The translations under genes and the position numbers were made by a program. The notes beneath the pieces were generated by a model that saw nothing but the letters and a program-made list of their open reading frames with translations, did no database searches and was not told the DNA's origin. Shown here in pieces: positions 23,400 to 33,471 of a DNA stretch of 64,000 bases (the first letter of the stretch is position 1; every line of letters starts with the position of its first letter). Source of the DNA: Cyanophora paradoxa CCMP329 (taxonomy: Eukaryota > Plantae > Glaucophyta); assembly GCA_004431415.1 (NCBI GenBank), contig QPMI01000593.1:126979-190978 (forward strand), given 5' to 3'.

Positions 23400-26300
23400 T
23401 CAGTGCGCGTGGGAGTGCTCGTAGAGGCGCGGGGTGGTGAAGGCGAGGACGTTGACGAAGCGGGGGAGGCCGACGATGAAGGGGTACAGCACCACCTTGC
23501 CCAGGAGGAGGGCGAGGGGCACGCGGTTGGCGACGAGGAAGCCGGCGGCGTGGGCGAAGGAGCGGCGGGCGACGGGGCGCGCCGCGGAGAGGGCGGCCGC
23601 CGTCGCGAGGAAGAGCGCCAGCGGGAGCAGGCCCGAGGCCACGGAGAAGGCGAGCGAGGCCCGCCGCTCCCCGCCGTCCTTCGCCCTGCCCGCCCGAGTT
23701 GGCGCTAGGGGGGCGCGAGAGGGGGGGGGGGGGGGGGGGGGGCGCGAGGGGGGGGGAGGGGTGGGGGAGGGGGCACATGAAGGGGTAGGTCTCGTGGAGA
23801 TGGACCAGGGTGCGACGTGAGGGAGACGGTCAGCGCGAACTGCGCGCTCGCGAGAAACGCAGAGAGGGCCTGCGGGGGTACGCGAATGAGCGCCGGCGGG
23901 GGTACACGATCGGGCGGGCGGGGGGTACGCGGGCGGGCCTGGATGAGCATGAGGACGGCGACCTTGCGGTGGACGCGGGCCGCCAGGTCCGCCGCGCGCA
24001 GCCCCGCGGCGACGTCGGCGGGCCCGGGCGGGCGGCGCGGCGCCGCCGCCCCCGCCCCGCGCGAGGGCCGGGGCGGGCCGAGCGGGCCGCCGCCCCAGGA
24101 CGAGGACCCCTCAAAGGAGACGCGGTCGAGCCGCAGGGGGTACGGCTCGCCCAGGCCCAGGCCTCCCAGCGAGCGGCCGTCGGGGTACAGCGGCGCCCGC
24201 AGCGGGGGGAGGGCGGCCGGCGGGAGGAGGGGCAGGTAGGCGGGTGCGAGGCCGGGGAGGCCGCCGCCGCCGGTGGGGGGGGAGGGGCTCCGGGAGTTGG
24301 AGGGGAGGGGGGTGAGTGCGATGGAGGAGGGCCGCCGGGAGGTGGAGGGGAGGGAAGCGAGGACGACGGAGGAGGGCCGACGGGGGCGGCCGCCAGGGGG
24401 TTCATCGGAGGGGTACACGCGGCGGGGCGCGAGCTGAGGCGAGGAGAAGGGTCGGGGGGAGGCGGGGGCCGAGCGCCTGGCGTGGCCGGGGGATCCCCGC
24501 AGGGAGACGGCGGGGCTGAGGGGGATCGAGGGGCGGCGGGAAGGGCGGCGGGAGGCGGCGGCGAGGCGGCGGGAGATGCGGCCGGAGGGGGAAAGAGAGC
24601 GGAGGGAGGAGGAGGCGGCGGCGGCGGCGGAGACGCCCCCGGCGAGGAAAAAGCGCTGGGCGAGGGCGAGGGCAGTGCGGCCGATCCGCCCGTCGTCGCT
24701 GAAAAACGCCAGCGCCGGCGCCAGGAGCGTCACCGCGTCGACCGCGAGCCCCGCGAAGAAGACCTGGGGTGGTACGGTCACGGGGCGGGGCGGGGCGGGA
24801 GGGGAGGAGCGGGGGGGGGGGGTACGGGGCGCGGGGCGCACGCCGGGGCTGTGGACGAAGCCGAAGCAGACGGTCTTGAAGACACGGTTGGAGGAGAGGA
24901 GGTATGCAAAGAGGAGCACGTCGCCGTCCGTCGAGGAGGGCGCGGCGGCCGCCCCCCGCTCGGGCCGCCTCCGGGGCTCGACGGAGCGGGGGCAGGCCGG
25001 CCCCAGCGAAGGCGAGGCGGGGGCGGCGGGCGGGGGCGGCGGATCGAAGGCGCGGTCAGCGAGGCGGAGGAGGAAGGGGCGGTCCGGGGGCGGCGCGGCG
25101 CGCAGGCCGGGGCGCCAGCTCGGGAGGAGGTCGCGCAGGCCAAAGGCGGAGGGGGCGGAGCGGAGGGAGGGCCCGAAGAGGGCCGAGAGGGCCCACGAGG
25201 AGCCGAAGATGAACAGCGACATCACCTGCGGGGCGTACGGGTACCGAGGATCAGGGGGGTACCGGTCTGGGGCCGTTGCCGGGCGGGGCGCCGGCGCCGC
25301 GCGCGCATGCGCACCGCGTTGGCGAGGGCCTGCGTCCATGTGTACCGTCGTCCAAGCCCGTCGAGGAGGCTCATGCCGATCATGTACCCCATCTCGGCGA
25401 CGAGGAGGAGGGAGGGTATGCAGAGGAAGAGGATGCAGGCGCGGGCGCGGCGCCAGGACTGGGAGCGGAGGAAGGGGCCCCCGCCCCAGGGGGCCTCGTG
25501 GAGGGCCCACAGGCGCCAGCTCACGAACGCCGTCGCCGCGATGAGGAGGCAGTACCTGCGGAGACCGCGCGGCTCGGAGGGGGGGAGGGGGAGGGGGCGG
25601 GGGCGGGGGCGGGGTGCGCGCGCGCCACCAGAAGCCGAAGAGGCCGGCCCAGCCGGGCACGGCGCGGGAGAGGTCCACGCCGGCGGCGGTGGCAACGCCG
25701 GTGCCCCAGAAAAGCAACTGGACGAACAGGAGCGCGGCGGCCACCCAGGGCTCGCCCTGCGCGGCGGGCGAGGCTCGAATCCGGTGGGGGTATGGGGGCG
25801 AGGGCCGGGGTGGGGCGAGGCCGCACCGGGCGCCGCCTGAGGAAGAGGGACCAGAAGATAACGGGAAAGCCCTGCGGCGAGTTGAGGGCGGGGCGGGGGC
25901 GGGGCGGGGAAAGGGAAGGGAGGGGCGGCGGCCCCGGGCCCGCCCCGCACCAGCAGGGGGCTGACGAGGACGGCGACGACGGCGGTCTGGCAGACGAAGG
26001 AGAGCTTGTGGAAGGGTATGAGGAGCCAGCTGCGCGCGCCGCTTAGGAGCCTTAGGAGGCTGGGCGCGGGCTCGTGCGCACGGGGCGACGACGAGGAGGC
26101 CGTAGGCGACTATGCCGAGGAAGGAGCCGGCGGCGGCCGCGGCGGAGGGCGCCGGCAGCGCCCCGCCCCGCTCCGGCTCCGGCCCGCACGAGAAGGCGCT
26201 CGAGCTCCGGACCCAGGGCCGCTCGTCGGGATCGATGTCGGGCGCGGGCGGCGCTTTCAGCGGCGATCTCGAGGCGGGCGTGGCGGGCTCTGCGCCGGCG

Positions 26301-26491
26301 TCGATGGAGCTTTCCCGGGTGCTGTAGCTGTGGGCGAGCTCGGTCGCCTCGGGCTCGGGCTCGGGCACGAGCCCTTGCAATTGGCCATGGCTGCAGCTGG
26401 CGGCGGTCCCACAGATGGGCGATCGCGAGCTCGAGGGGGGCGAGGGCGGGCAGGCGCAGGGCCCGCGAGCTCGAGCGGCCTCGAGGTCCAT
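23400..26491 (-). CDS. Multi-pass membrane protein of unknown function
   Basis: ATG 26491 directly after TATAAAT. Hydrophobic exons include SFLGIVAYGLLVVA, WVAAALLFVQLLFWGTGV, YCLLIAATAFVSW, ACILFLCIPSLLLVAEMGY, VFFAGLAVDAVTLLAP and LALLLGKVVLYPFIVGLPRF..HSHAH*. Confidence 0.65.
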
Positions 26492-28764
26492 ATTTATACT
26501 GACGTTGAAGCGCGCGTGCACGTGCGCGTTGATGACGCCCTCGAGCTCGGGCCCGGGGCCGCCGCTGCCGACGCCCCCTAGAGCCGACGCCGCCGGAAAT
26601 TGCAATTGCCTCGAATCGAAGCTGGGCCGGGGCGCTGCAGCTGCACCGCGAATCGATCCGTGTCGGGCCGCGGTCCAAGCCACGCAGAAATCAGACGCAC
26701 AGCGCTAGCTGCAGGATGCGCGCGCCACCGAAACCGCTGGGACTTGAACTCCGGCGGGTAGTCGGCGCAGAAAGCAGCTGATCGATATCAAAACTAAAGT
26801 TGATCCTGCCAAATGGCGGCGGCCGACACATGGGGCGCCGACGCGCCGTGCACGTGCTTGTCGCGACACAAGCTCAAGAAGCTAGCGCTTGATCATGAAC
26901 TTGAACCAAGGATCGTACGCGTCGACGTCGACGGCGCCGGAGCGCGATCTCGATCGGTCGCGGCCGGCCAAGCGCGGACTGTGGGTCGCATCCGGGGATC
27001 CCGCCGTCATCCCCGGATTCCCGGCGCGGGCACCGCCGCGCGCGCGGCGATTCCCGGTTATCAGGGGTATGACAGGCCGGAAACCCTCTTTTCCAGATGT
27101 CCCAGAACTGTATGATTTTAAAAAAGGAGTTCGCGGCGTCTGAGGGGCTTCGTTTGTGCAAAAACATGGAGCATTATACGACTAGACCCGATATCTTTGC
27201 AGCCAGGCGGCGTCTATGAACTGGGCTCCGTATGGTCGACCTTGCAACCACGCACAAGCGCTAGCACGCAGTTCTGGGCGCCGCAAGCAGCTGCGACATG
27301 AGGCGCAGGCCAAAACGCAACGTTTCAGCTAGTTAGCCCGCCGCTTAGAGTGACGACGTCGACAGGCGGCCAGCAAGGGGGGTACGCATTGCAGCCAGCA
27401 AGCACGACGTCACTCTGCGCCCGCAGACCGTCGGACTCTGCAGGCGCAGCGCTAGCACCGCACGTGAGCAGCTGTGCGGCCGGCCGCACGCATGTGATCG
27501 TGAGCAGCTCTGCTTGAAAATCGCGAGCTCGTTGTGATTAGCAGCTATAGGACGCGGAGCGGCAAGCGCACTATAGAGCTAGAACAAGTATACAGCATAA
27601 GGAATCTATATTAGCTACACGCGCGCATTTGCCGCCCTCTCGCTCGCGTGTGCACGTACGCGTGGTCATTTGACCACACATGTACAGCATATGCATGCGC
27701 AGCATATGCATATCGCGCAGCTGCAGCTGCAACTTGCAACCGAGAGCCGGACACTTAGCAGCTCATCTAACACTGTGAGTCGCCTTACTTTGAAGCTACA
27801 TAAACTGCCTAACTTGCTCGCAGCGCTAATCCAATCGCTCTCTGTGGCGTGTGGCCAATTGGCCACACAGCAGCTGAACAGAGAAGCGAGCCTTTTCACG
27901 GCGCTCGCTGAGGCTGGTTGGCTGGAAACTGCTTCGATGCATGATGCATGAGCGCACCTTCTGACTACCGAGCTCCCGGACGAATGCTGCCGGCTTGCCG
28001 AGGGGGGGGGGGTGGCGGGGGGGTATCAGTTCTCGCCAGCTCCCGCAGCTGACGGGGACCGCGCCGGGCCCCAGCTTGTGGCTGCAAAAGAACGCATATG
28101 CGCCGCGCATGCACGCCTTGCTCGCTAGACCCGCCGTAAGCGCCCCAGTGCTGAGCAGCACGCGGACGCCGCGACGTATATGGGATGACCACTGCTGGCG
28201 AGCTCCCGCGTATTTGCAATAGATGTACAGCATGCCATACACCACTCCTGCTTGCATATTTACGCCCCCTGCGCCCCGCACTCGATACACACAAGGCATA
28301 TACATACTTCATAGGATTGGCGCATTAGAACGCTAGTATTACCGGCCTGTCTAGCCCCTCGCACCCGGTTTCGCCACTGATTCGCCAGCTCGGCAGCTGC
28401 AGCTGCAGGCCGCCGCCGGCGCCCGGGAAGCGTACGCGTGCGCGTCGATCGACGTCACACATCCCATCCACGCACATACATATACGTGCGCCATCAATGA
28501 AAATTGCATGCGCCAGCTAGGGTACCACGCCGCGGTCCACGCGTACGGTAGAGGAAGTTGTGAGGAACTTGAGGAACTTATCGGGCTCGGATCGCTCTAG
28601 CTAGCTAGCTAGCGCTCGAGCTGAAGGGATGATACTGCGGCATGCCTAGGGGAGCTGGGCTGCTCGCCCATGATCATGCAACCGCAGCCGGCGCCGGCGC
28701 GATCGGTTGTGCGGCCTGGGCCGGCGACCGGACCCGGACCCTGACGGGATCGCGAATTTTTCAA

Positions 28765-28837
28765 GCTCTTGTGGCTCAGCCGGTAGAGCGTTCGGCTGTT
28801 AACCGAAAGGTCCCTGGTTCGAGCCCAGGCAGGAGCG
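28765..28837 (+). tRNA. trnN-GUU: tRNA-Asn(GTT)
   Basis: GCTCTTGTGGCTCAGCCGGTAGAGCGTTCGGCTGTTAACCGAAAGGTCCCTGGTTCGAGCCCAGGCAGGAGCG, with intact A and B boxes. Confidence 0.97.
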
Positions 28838-29170
28838 TTTGCCCCTTTCTCCCCTCCGCCCTCTCGAATTCGCCCTTTTCGCCCCGGGCCCGGCCCGCTC
28901 AGGGATCCCGCGGCCGCGGGCCGCGCGCAGTACTATAGCTAGGCTATAGCTAGCTAGCTAGCTAGCGCTTGAGCTTAAGGGGTGACTCTGCAGCTGCGGG
29001 CAGTCTGCGCCGCTCTGCGGCCCGCGGCATGCCTAGGAGAGCCGCTCATGATCAACCGCCGCGCGGCGCGGCCGCGAGCGGCGCCGGCCGCGGCGCGCGC
29101 CGGCGCGATCGGTTGTGCGGCCTGGGCCGGCGACCGGACGCGGACCCTGACGGGATCGCGAATTTTTCAA

Positions 29171-29243
29171 GCTCTTGTGGCTCAGCCGGTAGAGCGTTCG
29201 GCTGTTAACCGAAAGGTCCCTGGTTCGAGCCCAGGCAGGAGCG
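29171..29243 (+). tRNA. trnN-GUU: tRNA-Asn(GTT)
   Basis: Identical cloverleaf, followed within ~10 nt by a TTTT Pol III terminator. Confidence 0.97.
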
Positions 29244-29514
29244 TTTGCCCTTTTCCCCTCTCGGGGCCCCTTTCATCAAATTCCCGTGGGCTTTGCAGAG
29301 CGTTTGCCCCTTCAGCGAACTGACCCAGCTTGCGCGCGTGTTTTCGTGACAGGAAACTGGTGGGCTTCGGGCTGCAGGCTGCAGGCTCGTCGTCGTAGGC
29401 GTACCCCTCTTCGGTTGCCGCGCTCACCGCACCTTCGTATTGGCCAGCACCGTCACAGTCCGCTGCGAGCCAGGAGCCTCAAACACCCAGCCGACCTTGC
29501 AGCCGGTCGGCGCG

Positions 29515-32500
29515 ATGCGGGTGCAGCCGGCGAGCTTGCACCGCGTGTGCCAGGAGGACGACTATGTGAACTGCGCCGTTCTAATCGATGCCAAGGCCGA
29601 TATCAATGAGCGCGAGAAGGTGCGCCGCCGCTGAGCCTGGCATCGCATATCTCGGCGTGCTACCAGCGCTCCCGGTCCGCCCGACGAGCGGGCGACGCGT
29701 GTCACGCGAGCGAGGGCCCTGCCGGCGCATAGGACCACCCGAGCGCCGCGCCGCTGCCGGAACTGCATCTCAGGGCCGTAACCGCCTGGCGCAGGACACG
29801 GGGAGGACGCCGCTGCACGTCGCGGCGATGTGCGGGAGCCTGAACTGCGCGGCCCTGCTCATCGACTACGGGGCCCAGATCGACTCGCGGGACTCCTCCA
29901 ACTACACCCCGCTCCATGCGGCCTGCATGACTGGCCACTGGAAGGCGGCCGAGCTCCTCCTCAAGCACGGCGCCGGTGCGCCGCCCGGCCCGCGTCCCCG
30001 CGAGCCACGCCCGCCGCCGCCGCCGACGCGCCGCGCCGGCCGCCGGCCGCAGACGCGAACGACAGCCGGAACCGGAACGGGAGGACGCCGCTGCACACGG
30101 CGGCGGCGGCCGGCTCGATGGAGTGCGTGAAGAAGCTGATCGATTTCGGGGCGCGGCTGGACGCCAAGGACGAGGGCGGCTACACGCCCCTCCACAGCGC
30201 CGTCTTCGCGGGGCAGGACCGCGTCGTCGCCATGCTCCTCGACTACGGCGCCCAGGCCCGCCCGCCCCCGCCCCCCGCCCGCCCTTCTTAGGCTCTTGGG
30301 CTGACCGGCGGCCTCGCGGGCAGGTGGACGCGAAGGACATCTTTGGGGACACGCCGCTGCACCTCGCGGCCCGCTCCGGCGAGGTCGAGTGCGCCCGCCT
30401 CCTCATCCAGAAGATCAACGAGCCCGGTCCTTACAACTTCTCTTGCTTGCTTTCCTTTTCCTTCCTTATTCGGAGGGCAGGTGGCGACCCGAAGCGGATG
30501 GACGCGGTGAACAACTACGGGCGGACGCCGCGGCAGCTGGCCAAGGACAAGGCGCACCGGGAGATCGTGGACCTGCTCGCCCGCTCGGGGGCCGCCGAGG
30601 GCGACGCCAGCGTCGCCGGCTCCGTCGCCGGCTCCCAGCGCGCCCTGGACTTGAACGCCCCCGAGCGCGGGGGGTACAGCCGCTCGGGGGCGGCCACCCC
30701 GGGGCTGGCTCCGGCCGGCGGGGACGGGTACGGGCAGCCGCAGCGGCCTGCCTCGGCGTGGGACCGGGCGGGGTACGAGCGCGCCTACGGGGAAACGGAG
30801 CGGTCCCTGGACCAGGGGGCGGCCCCCCAGGGGGGCGGCTTCCGCCCCGCCTCGCCCCTGCGGGGCTCGCGGGGCCTGCCGGGGGCGCGCCGGGCCCAGT
30901 CGCCCTACTACGCGACCGGCGCCGGCGGAATGCGGCCGGCCGGCGCCGGCGCCGCGGGGGCGCCCCGCCGCAGGAGCCGCGCCTGCTCCCGCACAACAGC
31001 TCCTTCGGGGCGGGGCGGGCCCGGCGCTGGCCGAGCCCGGCGGCGGCGGCGGCGGCCCCGCGCAGGCGCCCTCGCGGGTCTTCCACATGGCGGAGGCGTG
31101 GCGGCAGCACGGGACGATCGCTGCCGACCCGGCGCTGCTCGCCCGCTCCTACCTCGGCGACACTGCCTCCGCCGGCGCCGGGCCCGCCCGCAGCGCCGCC
31201 CCGGGGCGCGCCCCGGCTACGGCTCGGGGTACGCCACTCCGGCCGCGCCGTTCGGGGAGGGCCCCGCGGGGCCGGCCGCGCCGCCGGCGGGCGGCCTGCA
31301 CAACTCGCTGGGGGCCCACCACGCGTCCACGCGGAGCATGGGCGGCGACCCGGGGCCGGGCGGGGGCGGGGGCCCCTCGGAGTCGTTCGCGGCGGCGCGG
31401 CAGCGCGCGGCGTCGGCGTTCGACCCGAACAGCCGCTTCGACTTCGCGGGGGGGACCTCCGGCGAGGCGCGGGCGCGGGTGGCGCAGCTGCAGGAGGAGC
31501 TGCGGGCGCGCGACGCCGAGATCGCCCGCCTCCGCGCGGACGTCGACTCGCTCCTCCGCGACCGCGCCGCCACCGAGCCCCTCCGCAAGCGCTGCGCCGA
31601 GGTTTGCCGGTTTGCTGCACGCCCCTAGGAGACCGGCGACCGATCGCCCGCCGCGCAGCTGGAGGGGGAGAACGCTCACCTTCGCGAGGAGAACAAGCGC
31701 ATCCTGGAGGAGGCCTCCCACGACCGGGGTACGCCATTCTCCTCGCTCTCGAGGGGGGTACACCGTATCCCGAAAACGACGCCGTACCCAGAGCTGGCGC
31801 GGCGGCTGGACGGGGCCATCGCGTCGATCCGGCAGCAGTGCCAGGACGAGGTCAACGCCGCCGCCGGCCGCGTGCGCCCCGATTTGATCTCCGATTTGAT
31901 CTCGAATTTGATCTCTGATTTGATCGCAGGCGAGGGCCCTGGAGCAGGAGCTTGAGCGGCTGAGGGGCGCCGGCCCGGGCTTCGGGGCGGGGCCGCCGGC
32001 CCCGGCGCCCCGCGATGGGCCCGCCGGTGGGCCCTACGGCTACGCCCGGCGGGACGAGCCGCCTCCGCCGCCGCCGGCGTACTACGGCGGCGGCGCCCCT
32101 CGCAGTGGGGCCGGGGGCGATGATGGACGGGGCGCAGGGCCCGCTGCCCCCGCAGCAGGACCGCCTGCAGTTCTTCGGGCCCCGGGGCGTCCCCGGCCCG
32201 CAGCCGCACCCGTCGCAGGCGCCGCAGCAGCCGCAGCAGCCGCAGCCGCAGCCGCAGACGCCGCAGCGGGAGGGGAGCTCGCTGCCCAACCCCTTCGCGG
32301 GGCTCTTCGGCGGCTCGGACAAGAAGGAGAAGGGCGAGGGCGGCTTCCGCCTTGGCGGCCTCGAGAAGCTCTTCTCGTTCGGCAAGTCGGACGAGGACGA
32401 GGAGCAGGAGCGGCGCCGCCGGGCGGCCGCCCGCTCCGACCGGCCGGCCCCGCTCGGCGGGCCCGCCGGCGCGGGCGGCGCGGGCGGCATGGGCGGCATG

Positions 32501-33014
32501 GGCGGCGGGGCGGAGGCCTACTTCGCGAACAGCCGCTCGCAGGATTCGGCGTACGCCGGCGACTACGGCAACGGCAGCGAGGCGCGGCCCCCGCCCTTTG
32601 CCGCACTGAGACGGGGGCCTGAGGAGCCGCGCAGGTCAGCGGCGGCTTCGGCAGCCGGCCGGGCGGCGGGGGCGGCTCCATGGGGCGCCGCATGGGCGGC
32701 GGCACCGCGCACAGCATCGCGGTGCGCCCGCCCCGCCTCCGCCCCAGCTCTTTTTCGCGGCCCGCTCACCCGTTCCATCCTCCCTCCCCCTCCTCTGCGC
32801 AGCCCGGCACGACGATCAACCGCGGTGCGCCTCTGCTCTCTCGGATCAAAACACAAGCCGCCCGACCCGCGCGGCTGCTCACTGACGTGAACGCGCGCAC
32901 GCAGACCCCCGGACGGGGCTGCTCCTTCCCAAGCCGCTGGAGAGCTACGCGTTCGGCAAGCAGGGCGGGCCGGGCCCCGGCCCCGGCGCGCCGGGCCCCA
33001 TGCACGTCATGTGA
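29515..33014 (+). CDS. Ankyrin-repeat protein (~6 repeats) with coiled coil and Gly/Pro-rich tail
   Basis: GRTPLHVAAMCG, NYTPLHAACMTGH, GRTPLHTAAAAG, GYTPLHSAVFAG, GDTPLHLAARSG, GRTPRQLA; coiled coil ARVAQLQEELRARDAEIARLRADVD. Confidence 0.9.
31881..31925 (+). repeat. Intronic 12-bp tandem repeat (GATTTGATCTCN) x4
   Basis: gatttgatctcc gatttgatctcg aatttgatctct gatttgatc immediately before the acceptor. Confidence 0.8.
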
Positions 33015-33471
33015 TCGCGACGCCGCGATTTTTGACCCTCGTTTCGAATTCGCTTACGTTAGACGCTTCCCGCCTTCGCTCTGTTTTTGAGGGGCCCCCG
33101 GCCGGGCCCCTTCTCACAGCTAGGCTTGAAACTCAGCACTCGCCCTTTCCGCGCTGCGCCTCGAGCTCTAGCGTAGCTCGGCGCTACAATCTTTACACAG
33201 ATGTCGATATTATCGATTCATGTAGATGCGAGTCACGCGACAGGACTCAAATATGACACTAGACGAACGGATGGCACAGCTGCAGTGGCACTGTACACAC
33301 AAAATCACATCCCGAACGGGCCTACGCGAATAAAAGAGCTTGAAACCATTACGCTTCCTAGTCCATAAAGCAAAGCTTGAAAACGACCGGCCACTACGCC
33401 AAAACCGCTTACACATATGCATCCCAAAGAAACAAGCGAGATGAGGGTACCCCCCGGGTTCCCCCCCCCAC

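Larger units (their letters stand above)
28683..29400 (+). repeat. Right arm of tRNA-bearing inverted repeat
   Basis: Reverse-complement copy of 17912-18630. Confidence 0.93.

Noticed and set aside
26799-26811. GTTGATCCTGCCA, matching the 5' end of 18S rRNA
   Set aside because: Only 13 nt, and the following sequence has no rRNA similarity.
17912-29400. Cassette as an autonomous transposon, Polinton or tRNA-derived SINE
   Set aside because: No transposase, integrase or polymerase and no TSD. The tRNAs are intact cloverleaves without SINE tails.
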